From: Candidatus Latescibacterota bacterium
GTDB lineage: Bacteria > Latescibacterota > UBA2968 > UBA8231
Assembly (NCBI GenBank): GCA_964291625.2
Contig: OZ220089.1
Coordinates: 4,721,842-4,785,841, forward strand
Length of the DNA: 64,000 nt
Direction: 5' to 3'
The notes beneath the pieces were generated by a model, which had not been told where the DNA came from, made no database searches, and worked only from the letters and a program-made list of their open reading frames with translations. A program made the position numbers and the translations under genes. Of the stretch, positions 20,520 through 30,055 are shown one piece after another (the stretch's first letter is position 1; each line of letters begins with the position of its first letter).

Positions 20520-22747
20520 ACGCCTCCGACATCTTCCGCCCCCGGGAAGGGCAGAAGCAGATCCTCGAGTACGAGGGCGGCCTCATGGGGGTGGCGGCGG
20601 TCCCCGGCAGCGGCAAGACCACCACCATCGCCCATCTCGCCGCGGAGCTGCTGGACCGCCGCAGCCGGGGAGAGGGCCCCCTGTCCGAGACCGGTCGGGT
20701 CCTGGTGGTCACCTACCAGGCCGCCGCCGCCGACGCCCTGCGGGGGCGCATCGCCCGGGCCCTCGCCAGCCGCCGGCTGGTCTCCGCGGGGTACGAGGTG
20801 CGCACCCTCCACAGCCTGGCCTTCGGCATCGTCCAGACCTGGCCGGGCCACGCCGGCACCGACTCGGAGCTGCGGGTCCTCGACGAGCGCTCCCAGATGG
20901 AGCTCGTCGACCGCGCCCTGCGCGAGTGGAGCGTGGAGAACCGGCACCGCTGGGAACCCCTGTCGCCCGGAGAGGGGCGGCCCGACGCGGGCTGGGAGGA
21001 GAGGTGGGCGCGCATCGGCCTCGACATGGGGCGCACGGTGATCGCCGCCGCCAAGAACCACCGCCTGGACGCCGACGCGCTCCTCGGGCTGCTGGCCGGC
21101 GCCGGGGACCGCGGCGAGGAGGGCGAAGACCTGTCCCGGCGGCTCCTGCGCATCGGGGCCGAGCTGTACTCCCGCTACCAGCTCCTCGTCGAGAGCTGGG
21201 GCGGCATCGACTTCAACGACATGGTGCGCCTCGCCGTCGACCTCCTCGCCTCCCACGAGGACGTGGCCGAACGCCTCGCCGGGCGCTGGCCCGTGGTGCT
21301 CGAGGACGAGGCCCAGGACAGCGTCCCCCTCCAGGAGGAGCTCCTCGGAAGGCTGACCGCCCGCTCCGGCCACTGGATCCGCGTGGGCGACCCGAACCAG
21401 TCGATCACCAGCACCTTCACCTCCGCCGATCCCCGGTTCCTGCGCCGCTTCCTCGAGCGCGGCGAGGTACGCACCGTCGAGATGTCCGTCTCGGGCCGCT
21501 GCTCGCCGCGGATCATGGAGCTGGCCAACGGCCTGGTGGCCTGGACCTGCCGGGAGTACCCGGTCCTCGAGGTGCGCGACGAGGCCTTCCGCCGCCAGCG
21601 CATGGAGCGATCGGGCGCCGGGGACCCGCAGCCGAACCCGGACGACGGCGACAGCGCCATCGCCCTGCGCTCCTTCGAGGGCCGGGACGAGGAGCTGGCG
21701 TACGTGGCCCGGCGGGCCCTCGGCTTCGCCCGGGGGCGGCCGGACTGCACCCTCGCCGTCCTCGTGCCCACCAACCGTCTCGGCTTCGAGATGGCCGAGG
21801 TCCTGCGCGAGATGGACGTCTCCTTCGACGAGCGCCTCACCACCTCGCGCCGCTCCCGGGCGGTGATCGACCGCCTCGCCCGGGTCCTCACCTTCGTCGC
21901 CGACCCCCTCTCCCCGGCCGCCCTCGAGGGGGTCTTCCGCGTCACCTCGGGCGAGGAGGAGGAGGACCTGCGGCCCCTGGTGCGCAGCTGCTACCGCCCG
22001 GAGAGCCTCCTCTACCCGGCGCCGGGGGTGGCGGTGGCCGACGCCTTCCCGCCGGTGGCGCGCCTCCAGGGCGACCTGCAGCCCCTCGGCGCCCTGGCCC
22101 GCCGGGCCCGCCGCTGGCTGGAGGCGGGGCGATTCCCCGTGGACCAGCTGGCCCTGGCCGTGGCCGCCGAGCTCTTCGAGGGCGACGACCTGGCGCGGGC
22201 CCAGCGCGTCGCCGGACACCTGCGCCGGCGGGCCGACCAGCACCCGGCCTGGCGCCTCCCCGAGCTGGCTGCCGATCTGAAGCGGCCCGAGGCGGCGCGG
22301 GAGATCCTGGCGGGCGAGGAGGAGGCGGCGTACGAGCCCCGGCCCGGACAGCTCACCCTGACGACGATGCACAAGTCCAAGGGCATGGAGTGGGACCTCG
22401 TCTACCTCGTGGGCGTCGACGGCATCGAGTTCCCCGGCACCCCGGAGGACTACTTCCGCGGCCACGAGCCCCACCTCGGGGGCAACCCGGCGGAGATGGC
22501 GAGGGCCCGCCTGACGGCGCTTCTGGAGGCCGGCCCGAGGCCCTCGGCGGCGCCGACCGGCCAGCTGGAGTACATCTGCGAGCGGCTGCGCCTGCTCTAC
22601 GTCGCCATCACCCGGGCGCGGCGCTTCCTGTCGGTCAGCTACAGCCGCACCATCCCCAGCGGACAGCGCACCCGCCCGGCGCCGGAGTCCCTCCTCTTCG
22701 CGCGCCTGGGGGCGCTCCTCGACGACAAGGGGGGAGGTCCCGCATGA
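20516..22747 (+). CDS. ATP-dependent SF1 (UvrD/REP) helicase
   Basis: 'AVPGSGKTT', 'LEDEAQD', 'VGDPNQSI', 'TMHKSKGMEWD', 'RLLYVAITRAR'; GTGA overlap with the upstream gene. Confidence 0.9.
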   Translation: MNASDIFRPREGQKQILEYEGGLMGVAAVPGSGKTTTIAHLAAELLDRRSRGEGPLSETGRVLVVTYQAAAADALRGRIARALASRRLVSAGYEVRTLHSLAFGIVQTWPGHAGTDSELRVLDERSQMELVDRALREWSVENRHRWEPLSPGEGRPDAGWEERWARIGLDMGRTVIAAAKNHRLDADALLGLLAGAGDRGEEGEDLSRRLLRIGAELYSRYQLLVESWGGIDFNDMVRLAVDLLASHEDVAERLAGRWPVVLEDEAQDSVPLQEELLGRLTARSGHWIRVGDPNQSITSTFTSADPRFLRRFLERGEVRTVEMSVSGRCSPRIMELANGLVAWTCREYPVLEVRDEAFRRQRMERSGAGDPQPNPDDGDSAIALRSFEGRDEELAYVARRALGFARGRPDCTLAVLVPTNRLGFEMAEVLREMDVSFDERLTTSRRSRAVIDRLARVLTFVADPLSPAALEGVFRVTSGEEEEDLRPLVRSCYRPESLLYPAPGVAVADAFPPVARLQGDLQPLGALARRARRWLEAGRFPVDQLALAVAAELFEGDDLARAQRVAGHLRRRADQHPAWRLPELAADLKRPEAAREILAGEEEAAYEPRPGQLTLTTMHKSKGMEWDLVYLVGVDGIEFPGTPEDYFRGHEPHLGGNPAEMARARLTALLEAGPRPSAAPTGQLEYICERLRLLYVAITRARRFLSVSYSRTIPSGQRTRPAPESLLFARLGALLDDKGGGPA

Positions 22748-23583
22748 ACCCGCCGCCCCTGAGCCAGAGCGCCCTCTCCGCCTTCGAGCGCTGCGAGCGC
22801 CGGTTCTATCTGCGCTTCGTGCGGCGCCTCGAGTGGCCGGCGCCGCTCACCGGATCCGAGCAGGAGTGGGAGCGCTCCCGCCGCCGGGGGGAGCGGTTCC
22901 ACCTGCTCGTGCAGCAGCACGCCCTCGGCCTGCCGGCGGACCGGATCGCGCACGCCTCCGGGGACGAGGAGCTCACCGCCTGGTGGGAGCGTTTCCGGCG
23001 GCACCCGCCTCCGGCCCCCGAGGGGCCGAGTCTCCGCGTCCACACGGAGTTGGAGCTGGAGGTGGTGCTGGCCGGCGGCCAGTCCCTGGTGGCTCGCTTC
23101 GACCGCCTCGAGGTCAGCGGCGGACCCGGCGGCCTGCGCCTCGACATCGTCGACTGGAAGACCGGCGCCCCGTCGAGCCGGGAGCACCTCGAGCGCAGCT
23201 GGCAGACGGCGGTGTACCGCTTCGTCGCCCTCGAGGGGGCCGGCTCCCTGGCGCCGGGGCCGGTGGCCGCCGAAGGGATCCGCTTCGTCTACTGGCAGAG
23301 CGCCCTTCCCGAGGAGCCGGTGGTGCTGCACTACGACGCCGGGCAGCACGAACAGGCGCGGCAGCGGATCGAGGCGGCGGCGGCGGTGATCGAGGAGCGG
23401 CTCGTGGAGGGGGAGGAGGGATTCCCCCGGACCGAGGACATCGGGGTCTGCCGTTACTGTCCGTACCGGTCCTACTGCGACCGCGGGCGCGAGGCCGGGC
23501 CGGGTGTGGACTTCGAGTCGGACGAGGAGGAAGGCGAGGCCGACGGTTGGCTGGCGCCGCCCGGGGACCCGGAGCCGGGGTAG
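22744..23583 (+). CDS. PD-(D/E)XK nuclease, AddB/Cas4-like, with predicted 4Fe-4S Cys staple
   Basis: 'LSQSALSAFERCERRF', 'ARFDRL...IVDWKTG', 'QTAVY', 'CRYCPYRSYC'; ATGA overlap with the upstream gene. Confidence 0.85.
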   Translation: MNPPPLSQSALSAFERCERRFYLRFVRRLEWPAPLTGSEQEWERSRRRGERFHLLVQQHALGLPADRIAHASGDEELTAWWERFRRHPPPAPEGPSLRVHTELELEVVLAGGQSLVARFDRLEVSGGPGGLRLDIVDWKTGAPSSREHLERSWQTAVYRFVALEGAGSLAPGPVAAEGIRFVYWQSALPEEPVVLHYDAGQHEQARQRIEAAAAVIEERLVEGEEGFPRTEDIGVCRYCPYRSYCDRGREAGPGVDFESDEEEGEADGWLAPPGDPEPG

Positions 23584-24746
23584 CCGGGTCCTTCTTGGAG
23601 GCAATCTACTATGGGCGTGATCGTCTCGATGAGTTCCCGCAGCACGGTGGCCATCTTGTGAGCCAACTCCTCATTTAGCGCACCGGTCCCAAGGTCAGCC
23701 GAGATGTCCCGGTCGTTTACGATCTGCCACTCCTGGTGGGTCCCGATGCCTCTAAGGATGTCCTCAAGCTCAAAGGCCACTTCACCAGTGCTCCTCCGAG
23801 CATGCCTGAAGAGGACACTAGCCTTCCATCTCTTCACTTCGTCTTCCACATCCACTGGAGTCAGTAGAATCTGGTAGTATGTACCATAGCCGCTGCTCTG
23901 CTGGATCCAAGGCGCTCTCAAGTACCTCAGATTGTACCAGCGTGAGTCATAGTAGCTGCCTGCCCACCTGCTCGCCTTGTCCGGACTCATCTCGGCCGGA
24001 AGCCCATCCATCGCCAGTTCTTCGACCCTTCGCACAAAGTGTGTAACGCCATCGTCAGCGTTCGGATTCCTGCCACTGGCCGCCGGCTGGCCCTTGCCGA
24101 TTCTCACCACATCTATCCCGGGTACCGGGATGATGGTCGATGCTTGCAGGTACAATGAATCGGCTCTTGCGTCCCGATACGGGGTCAGTTGTACGCAGGT
24201 GATTAGGTTCTCGTTAGTGGCCTTCTCATTCAGCCACAAGACGGCGGTTGTCACTTCCGGCGCGAACCGGTGGCTTGCCAGAATGAGGCGCTGGTCGTGA
24301 TTCAGCCTAGCATTGAGGTCTTCGACACTCTCGACATTGAGATGTTTCAAGAGGTCGGTCTCGGCATCTGACTCGGAGATTCCCCTGTAGCGGGCAAAGA
24401 TGCCGACGACTTGGTCAGCCTTGGCATGGGAGAAATAGCTCGCGTACCTGATGGCTTGCCAATGAACATCCGCCCCTGAGTCATCGCGTTTGAGCTCGAT
24501 GACAACCAGTTTCCCATCCGTTTCCACTGCCAGCAGATCCGGCCGCTCTCGTGCCCCTTCAAAGTCACTGAACTCCTTGCCGACCAAGAGTAAGTCGTCC
24601 CCCAAAATGCCGGGATTGTTGGATATCCACTCCTGAAGGTCCGCTCGCTCCCTCAATCCCAATTCAGCCAAGTCCACTTCCGTCAGCTCGTTGCTCTCCT
24701 GGCTCTTGGGGTCGATGCGGAGAATCTGTGGCCCGCTGTCCATCAA
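23472..24746 (-). CDS. NucS/DUF91-like PD-(D/E)XK endonuclease domain protein; 3' end reads through the island junction
   Basis: 'ERADLQEWISNNPGILGDDLLLVGKE...RPDLLAVETDGKLVVIELKRDD...QAIRYAS'; the last ~37 codons lie antisense to the host nuclease gene. Confidence 0.75.
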   Translation of the reverse strand: MMDSGPQILRIDPKSQESNELTEVDLAELGLRERADLQEWISNNPGILGDDLLLVGKEFSDFEGARERPDLLAVETDGKLVVIELKRDDSGADVHWQAIRYASYFSHAKADQVVGIFARYRGISESDAETDLLKHLNVESVEDLNARLNHDQRLILASHRFAPEVTTAVLWLNEKATNENLITCVQLTPYRDARADSLYLQASTIIPVPGIDVVRIGKGQPAASGRNPNADDGVTHFVRRVEELAMDGLPAEMSPDKASRWAGSYYDSRWYNLRYLRAPWIQQSSGYGTYYQILLTPVDVEDEVKRWKASVLFRHARRSTGEVAFELEDILRGIGTHQEWQIVNDRDISADLGTGALNEELAHKMATVLRELIETITPIVDCLQEGPGYPGSGSPGGASQPSASPSSSSDSKSTPGPASRPRSQ

Positions 24747-24820
24747 GAGACTCCCGACTTAGGCATCACTTTGAAATGCAAGGGCTGTAGAATCATTAAG
24801 ACACCAAATCCAGGTCCCCG

Positions 24821-25813
24821 TCACCTACTTCGAGGGGGGTTGACCTTGCCTTCCCTCACCTCCCGACGGGTGAGCCTCAGAGGCAGCCTCTTGCCTTTCC
24901 TAGCTTTCGTGAAAACCGAATTCATCCAAAGGACCTCTGTCCGTGGATAGTCCCTTCCCGTGGTGTCCCGCGTGGTAGTATCGATGTCAACCCTCTCCCA
25001 CCCGCGAGTGGCCGTCAAAATCTCGGCATACAGCTCGTTCTCATAGCCACTAACAAGCAGCATACAACGTGCCTTGACGCACTTCTTCAATAGCTCCTGG
25101 TGGAAGGTCTCATCCCGCGCATCGATCATGTATCCATGCTCTCTCCTTGTAAAGTACGGAGGATCCAAGTACATCAAGGTAGCCGGACGATCAACAAACA
25201 TCTCCACCAGCTCCCGTGCATCCCGATTCTCAATCCTAATCCCACGTAGCCTATCCACCACCCTTCCGAGCCTATCTGGCAGATTGCACCAGCGATTGAC
25301 CCGTGCCTCCCTCCCCTCACGTGCATAGGACTGAGAGTATGACCACCCCGCCCTCATGCCTATGCTGCCATTCACTGTCATCATCGCCGCTACCAGAAAT
25401 CTTCGAGCCTGCTCCAGGGGATCCAACTCGGGCTGCCCACCCCCCACCTCTCGATCCTCTCCACCCCCTGTCCCAGTCACCCACTCCCGGGCACGTTCGA
25501 ACTCCCCCCGAGCGTAAGGAGTGAGCTCAACTGCTCGGCAGAGCCCTTCCGCATTGTCTCTCAGCTGAGTGAACAGGTTGACGATTTGCCCATCCTTGTC
25601 ATTAATCACCTCGATGGGAACCGGTGGCTTGGAGAGAGTTAGAGCGGCGGATCCACAGAATCCCTCGACCCATGCATTGTGCGGAGGAAGGATCTCAATG
25701 ATTCTGCGCGCAATCGACTGCTTCGCTCCGTAGTATCCGAAGGGCGACCTGGCCGGATCTGCCACTAGTGACTGTGCATCGTGAGTCTGCGACACGTACG
25801 ACCTAGCAGTCAT
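24821..25813 (-). CDS. DNA adenine methyltransferase (Dam/D12 class)
   Basis: 'FGYYGAK', SAM motif 'WVEGFCGSAA', 'EVINDKDG', catalytic 'YLDPPY', 'TEVLWMN'. Confidence 0.9.
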   Translation of the reverse strand: MTARSYVSQTHDAQSLVADPARSPFGYYGAKQSIARRIIEILPPHNAWVEGFCGSAALTLSKPPVPIEVINDKDGQIVNLFTQLRDNAEGLCRAVELTPYARGEFERAREWVTGTGGGEDREVGGGQPELDPLEQARRFLVAAMMTVNGSIGMRAGWSYSQSYAREGREARVNRWCNLPDRLGRVVDRLRGIRIENRDARELVEMFVDRPATLMYLDPPYFTRREHGYMIDARDETFHQELLKKCVKARCMLLVSGYENELYAEILTATRGWERVDIDTTTRDTTGRDYPRTEVLWMNSVFTKARKGKRLPLRLTRREVREGKVNPPRSR

Positions 25814-26783
25814 CAAGCGTACCTGAACCCGGTTGATGACGCTTCCTGCACTGCACTCCATCTGCCTCAACTTCCCAATTTGCGCTCGACCCAAGAACCG
25901 CCGTGGTAGGGGTCGGAATAATTGCCAGCTCTTCTAGGACGAACCGCCCGTCCCGGGATACCGGCAAAAGGTATAGGTAGTACCAATCCCCGTATCTCCG
26001 CGATGCCTCGATCTCGTTGCGTGTCCAGAAGAATCTCAGTGACCGTCTCTCCACGGCCTTGACCTCAATTAACCTCGGTGCTGCCCTGCCCCTCTCTAGG
26101 GTGAGACTCCGTACATCATACCCCGCCGCCGCATTCACCAAGGCCACATGCTGTACCGAATCCTGATACATCTCACCTAGCCTGCTTCTTTCGTAATTCA
26201 CAATCGTACTCTCCGCTGCAGTCCCAAAGGACTCTCTCTCCGCCTGTACGAGAGCTCTCCTGGCGGGTGTCTGTCTTGCCCCTGCCCAATCCTGGGCTGC
26301 CAAGTAGAGATCGAGTTGAGAATCTCTGACAAAATAGAAATCACCGTCGACACTGTGGGCAATCACTCCGAGATCAATCAGGAAGTTACGTACATTACTC
26401 TCGTAGTGTCGGTAGGGCCTCCTAGGACGGTGTCTTGGGGCACCTCCCTCGATGCTGTAAGCCTGAAGATAGGAATACAGCGCCCTACGGTAGCTATTGT
26501 CCGACCCGAGCAAGCTGTCCACAATCCACCTTCGGACCCAATCCTCATCAATGTCGGATGGCACCTCAATCTCTATCGTACCTACTCCCGCCGTCTTGCT
26601 CCCAGCAACTTCGGTCAAGAAGGCGTGGGTCTCTTCGAAGTTTTCAGCCTGCTCCAGATACAACCGCTTGATGTGGCCAAGATCCCGCAGCTGCGCCCCC
26701 TGCAACACGGAGACCAACTCTCGGATCTGACTCCAGCGAAGCCCCCGAAATCGATCGTCATCCTCCAATGAAAAGTCTCTCAT
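25803..26783 (-). CDS. DUF3883 (NOV-C) PD-(D/E)XK-type nuclease domain protein
   Basis: 'GTAAESTIVNYERSRL', 'AAGYDVRS...RLIEVKA...FFWTRNEI...YYLYL'; overlaps both neighbours. Confidence 0.8.
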   Translation of the reverse strand: MRDFSLEDDDRFRGLRWSQIRELVSVLQGAQLRDLGHIKRLYLEQAENFEETHAFLTEVAGSKTAGVGTIEIEVPSDIDEDWVRRWIVDSLLGSDNSYRRALYSYLQAYSIEGGAPRHRPRRPYRHYESNVRNFLIDLGVIAHSVDGDFYFVRDSQLDLYLAAQDWAGARQTPARRALVQAERESFGTAAESTIVNYERSRLGEMYQDSVQHVALVNAAAGYDVRSLTLERGRAAPRLIEVKAVERRSLRFFWTRNEIEASRRYGDWYYLYLLPVSRDGRFVLEELAIIPTPTTAVLGSSANWEVEADGVQCRKRHQPGSGTLDDC

Positions 26784-28650
26784 ATGCGTCCAGTTCCTCA
26801 TCTTCACTGAACATATCCAGTGAGTAGATTGGATAGTCGTGATCGATGATGGCACCCATGCGCTCTGCTTTCTCCTGTACTGTTCTCAAAATGTCGGAAT
26901 CTATTGTGTCCTCATATTGAAGGAAGTAGTAGTGGGCTGGTCTCTGCTCCGACCCTCCGATCCGATGTATTCGATCGAGTGACTGCACGTACTGGGCACA
27001 ATTGTAGGACAAGTCATAGTAAATGGCCGTGGAGCAGCTCTTGTGTAGCGATACGGACTCAGCACATGCCCCGGGATTTGCCAACAGTATGTCGATCCCA
27101 CTATTGGGGTCCAAGAACTCCTGAACGATCTCATGCCTAGTGAGTTCATCCGTCACACCAGAACGCTCCACCGGAGTCGCACCATAGATGAGTCTCGAGC
27201 CCGCTAGAGGTCGAAGCTTCCCGTGCAGCATCTCCAGGGTTCGGACGAAGTTGGCCCAAATGACCACCTTCTCCTGGCCTCGCCGTAACTCCTCCACCAG
27301 CTCTAGGAGATGATGTACCTTGTTTGGTTCCTCCAGTCCATCGTAGTGTTCGATTACTTCGCCGAGCGGACCAACTGCGTCAGCAAGGTTTTCACTGTAG
27401 GCTGGAACTCCACTTGCCAGCATGGCAGAGTAGGATAGGCACTGGCGAAGCCTCATCATACGCCCCTTTCTCAGCCCCACCAATAAATCCAGGTCCTTCA
27501 TGTAGTCCGAGGAGGAAACGTCGACGATTCTGCCAACAATCAGATCATAGATCTGCCGCTCGTATGGCTTCATCTGGATCTGAATCGGCGAATGAAAAAC
27601 CTGAGGTGCAAGATCCAAGTCGTACTTTCGGACCCGATAGAATAGGGGTCCTATAGCGTCGCTCAGACACTCCCTAGCCGCCTCGAATTCCCGCTTCTGT
27701 GAGTACAGCTCGATTCGATGCCGGGACTCCTCCGGGATGGGAGAGCACTCCGGCCAGAGTACATCGAAGAGGTTGAAGGCATCTGAAAAACTCTGAGGAA
27801 AGGGTGTTCCGGTGAGAACTGCACGGCGAGACGCACAGCGGGCCACATTGACCACTGCGGTCGCCCATACGCCTCCTGGCTGCTTTACGTAATGGGCCTC
27901 ATCAACGATGAAGTAGAAGTCAACCCCCTGTCGCTCAAAGAGGATCTTAACCTGTGTCCAGTCTCGCTGGAGGGTTTGGAACGTGGTCAAATACAGGTCT
28001 GCTACAGATTCCTGGTTGACCAAGTACTCTGTTCGTCGAGCCTCAATGTTGCCACCCGCGAGGATCACACACTTGGGAGCTATCCCAAGGACCTCTTGGT
28101 ATTCGGTCTTCCACGGTCCGAAGCAGGAAGGAGGACCAACGACGAACAGGGAATGGAGCTTACCTTGCTGTCGTAATCTCTCGAAGACCGTCAGGATGAC
28201 GGTGGTCTTGCCACTCCCTGGCACGGAGAAGTTGGCGCCGTTCACGGCCGCCAAAAGATGTAAGGCCGCTTTGCACTGATGGTCCTTGAGGGTACGTGGT
28301 ATGCTGTTCTCTAGGAATTGAAGGAACCGAGCTACCTCCTCCTCATCCAGGTTGCCTTCTTTAAGGACTCCAGCCTTCTCTCTTGCACTACGGTATAACG
28401 ACTCGGCGTCCTCCTGTTCCCTGAGGCGGTCCTTCATGGTGGTTCCCAGTTCAACAGGGAAGGAGCCTCGTTCGAAGTAGTCGCTCACTTTCTTGGCCAG
28501 CTCCGTGGTATCTCCTGAAGGCCCCACGTATCGGCCATCCTTGCCGAATGAGAAGCCCCAAAACATCAGCTGGCTGGTGTGATGTGGTGCAAGATCACTT
28601 TGCTCACAGTCGAGCACCAACCTGTCTTGCTCGGCAAGAATCCGTATCAC
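26758..28650 (-). CDS. SNF2-family (SF2) helicase/translocase
   Basis: 'LKDHQ', 'SVPGSGKTT', 'IVDEAHYVK', 'LTGTP', 'AESVSLH', 'QSLDRIHRIG'. Confidence 0.9.
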   Translation of the reverse strand: MIRILAEQDRLVLDCEQSDLAPHHTSQLMFWGFSFGKDGRYVGPSGDTTELAKKVSDYFERGSFPVELGTTMKDRLREQEDAESLYRSAREKAGVLKEGNLDEEEVARFLQFLENSIPRTLKDHQCKAALHLLAAVNGANFSVPGSGKTTVILTVFERLRQQGKLHSLFVVGPPSCFGPWKTEYQEVLGIAPKCVILAGGNIEARRTEYLVNQESVADLYLTTFQTLQRDWTQVKILFERQGVDFYFIVDEAHYVKQPGGVWATAVVNVARCASRRAVLTGTPFPQSFSDAFNLFDVLWPECSPIPEESRHRIELYSQKREFEAARECLSDAIGPLFYRVRKYDLDLAPQVFHSPIQIQMKPYERQIYDLIVGRIVDVSSSDYMKDLDLLVGLRKGRMMRLRQCLSYSAMLASGVPAYSENLADAVGPLGEVIEHYDGLEEPNKVHHLLELVEELRRGQEKVVIWANFVRTLEMLHGKLRPLAGSRLIYGATPVERSGVTDELTRHEIVQEFLDPNSGIDILLANPGACAESVSLHKSCSTAIYYDLSYNCAQYVQSLDRIHRIGGSEQRPAHYYFLQYEDTIDSDILRTVQEKAERMGAIIDHDYPIYSLDMFSEDEELDAYERLFIGG

Positions 28651-28654
28651 ATCA

Positions 28655-30055
28655 TCACCTCTTGTTGGAGAGTCTCTTCATGTTTTTCGTGTATTGAAAA
28701 ATGTCGGACTCCAACGTCTTTCCGGCTCTGATGATTCTTCCAATGATCTCGCGCGCCCTTCTTAAGTCCCTATTGTCGATAGCGCTAAGGTCCATATTGT
28801 CGTGCGTTAGTTTTCTGTGGGCTTCTTCCAGGAGTTCTATCGGCGTCTCCTTTTCCTTCAAGTGCTGATGGCTTTGAGAAGCCTTCTTGAGGTTGTATAT
28901 GATTGGGCGGCGATACTTGGCCTCCCACTTCGCATCGATTTCCTCTATGCTGAGTTCTTCTCCCTCCTCATCAACGCACTCCTCTGGTGGAAGAACCGGA
29001 GCCACCTCGGCCACAATTCTCTTAATCGCCTGTTTTCCTTCTTCTGTACGGCACAACTTGCTGTAATCTCGCATGATCTTGTGGACTTTGGGCATATCAG
29101 GGACTGTTCTTAGGCGAATGATGTCGAAGGCAGCTGCCTCCAGTTCGCCAATCTCCTCTTCTTTAATCCCTATCTCCATTCGTCGCTTGGGATTGCTGAA
29201 GTAGCGAGTGAATGTGGCGCTATAGTCGGCAAAGGCCTGCCAACGGCCTTCCGAGTCTGCGATACCTCGTGAGACGGTCCGGTATAGGCCATCCCGGGCG
29301 AACTGCCTCAGGTATCGATCGATACAGGCAAGAGGATCGAGGTAGTCCTTTTGGTACCGATCGACTACGCGCTTCAACTGCGCGTTTGTGGTGCCTGCAT
29401 AGGTCGGGTCGTCCGCCACTTGTTCCTCAAGGGTAAAGCCGAGATCCACTTTGCGCTTTATCGACAAGGCGCGATCGAAGCTGTAGTACTCGGCCCTTCC
29501 GTCACTTTGGAGCTGGTAGCGATTCTCGATTTTCTCGATTTCAACAAGGGTAGGTGGGCCGCCCTCCTCGTCTCTTCCTGGGAGGATGACAGCCTGCATG
29601 TACCTGAGGTTCTCATCGCTTGGGGACTCCTTCAGGAGACGCTCCATCGCCATCTTCCGCCGATTCCCATTGATGAGAAAGCCGTCACAGGTAATTATGA
29701 CCGGTTGCTGCTGTCCCGCATGGAGAATCGACTTGACGAGAACCTCGGTGCGTTCCGGGTCCTTTCCCTCAAGGAACTCCCGGATCTTGGCTTGGTCGCC
29801 CTCATCGTTCTCGTCTAACGGGGCAACAGTCTGTTCGTAGTCCAGGACATCTGACGCGATCCGGCCATTGTCCTTGCGATATCTCAGTAGATCGATGGGC
29901 ACCCGCCATACCGGTCGCTCTGTACCGCGAACTTGGTCGTCCCGGAAATTGATAACTTCCTGCGACGGCTTGGCGGTGTCAGTTTTTCGTCTTTGGATCT
30001 CCTTGGCGAAGTCCTCGACTATCTCCCTCGGTGCCTCAGCCGTAATGCGTGCCAT
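28655..30055 (-). CDS. ParB/Srx-like N-terminal domain protein
   Basis: 'LRYRKDNGRI', 'LVKSILHAGQQQPVIITCDGFLINGNRRKMAM' (ParB GxRR motif); GGAGGGAG RBS. Confidence 0.7.
   Translation of the reverse strand: MARITAEAPREIVEDFAKEIQRRKTDTAKPSQEVINFRDDQVRGTERPVWRVPIDLLRYRKDNGRIASDVLDYEQTVAPLDENDEGDQAKIREFLEGKDPERTEVLVKSILHAGQQQPVIITCDGFLINGNRRKMAMERLLKESPSDENLRYMQAVILPGRDEEGGPPTLVEIEKIENRYQLQSDGRAEYYSFDRALSIKRKVDLGFTLEEQVADDPTYAGTTNAQLKRVVDRYQKDYLDPLACIDRYLRQFARDGLYRTVSRGIADSEGRWQAFADYSATFTRYFSNPKRRMEIGIKEEEIGELEAAAFDIIRLRTVPDMPKVHKIMRDYSKLCRTEEGKQAIKRIVAEVAPVLPPEECVDEEGEELSIEEIDAKWEAKYRRPIIYNLKKASQSHQHLKEKETPIELLEEAHRKLTHDNMDLSAIDNRDLRRAREIIGRIIRAGKTLESDIFQYTKNMKRLSNKR

Noticed and set aside
22744-23583. 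Cas4-like nuclease suggesting a CRISPR locus
   Set aside because: No repeat-spacer array and no cas1/cas2 seen; the helicase context fits an AddB-like role.
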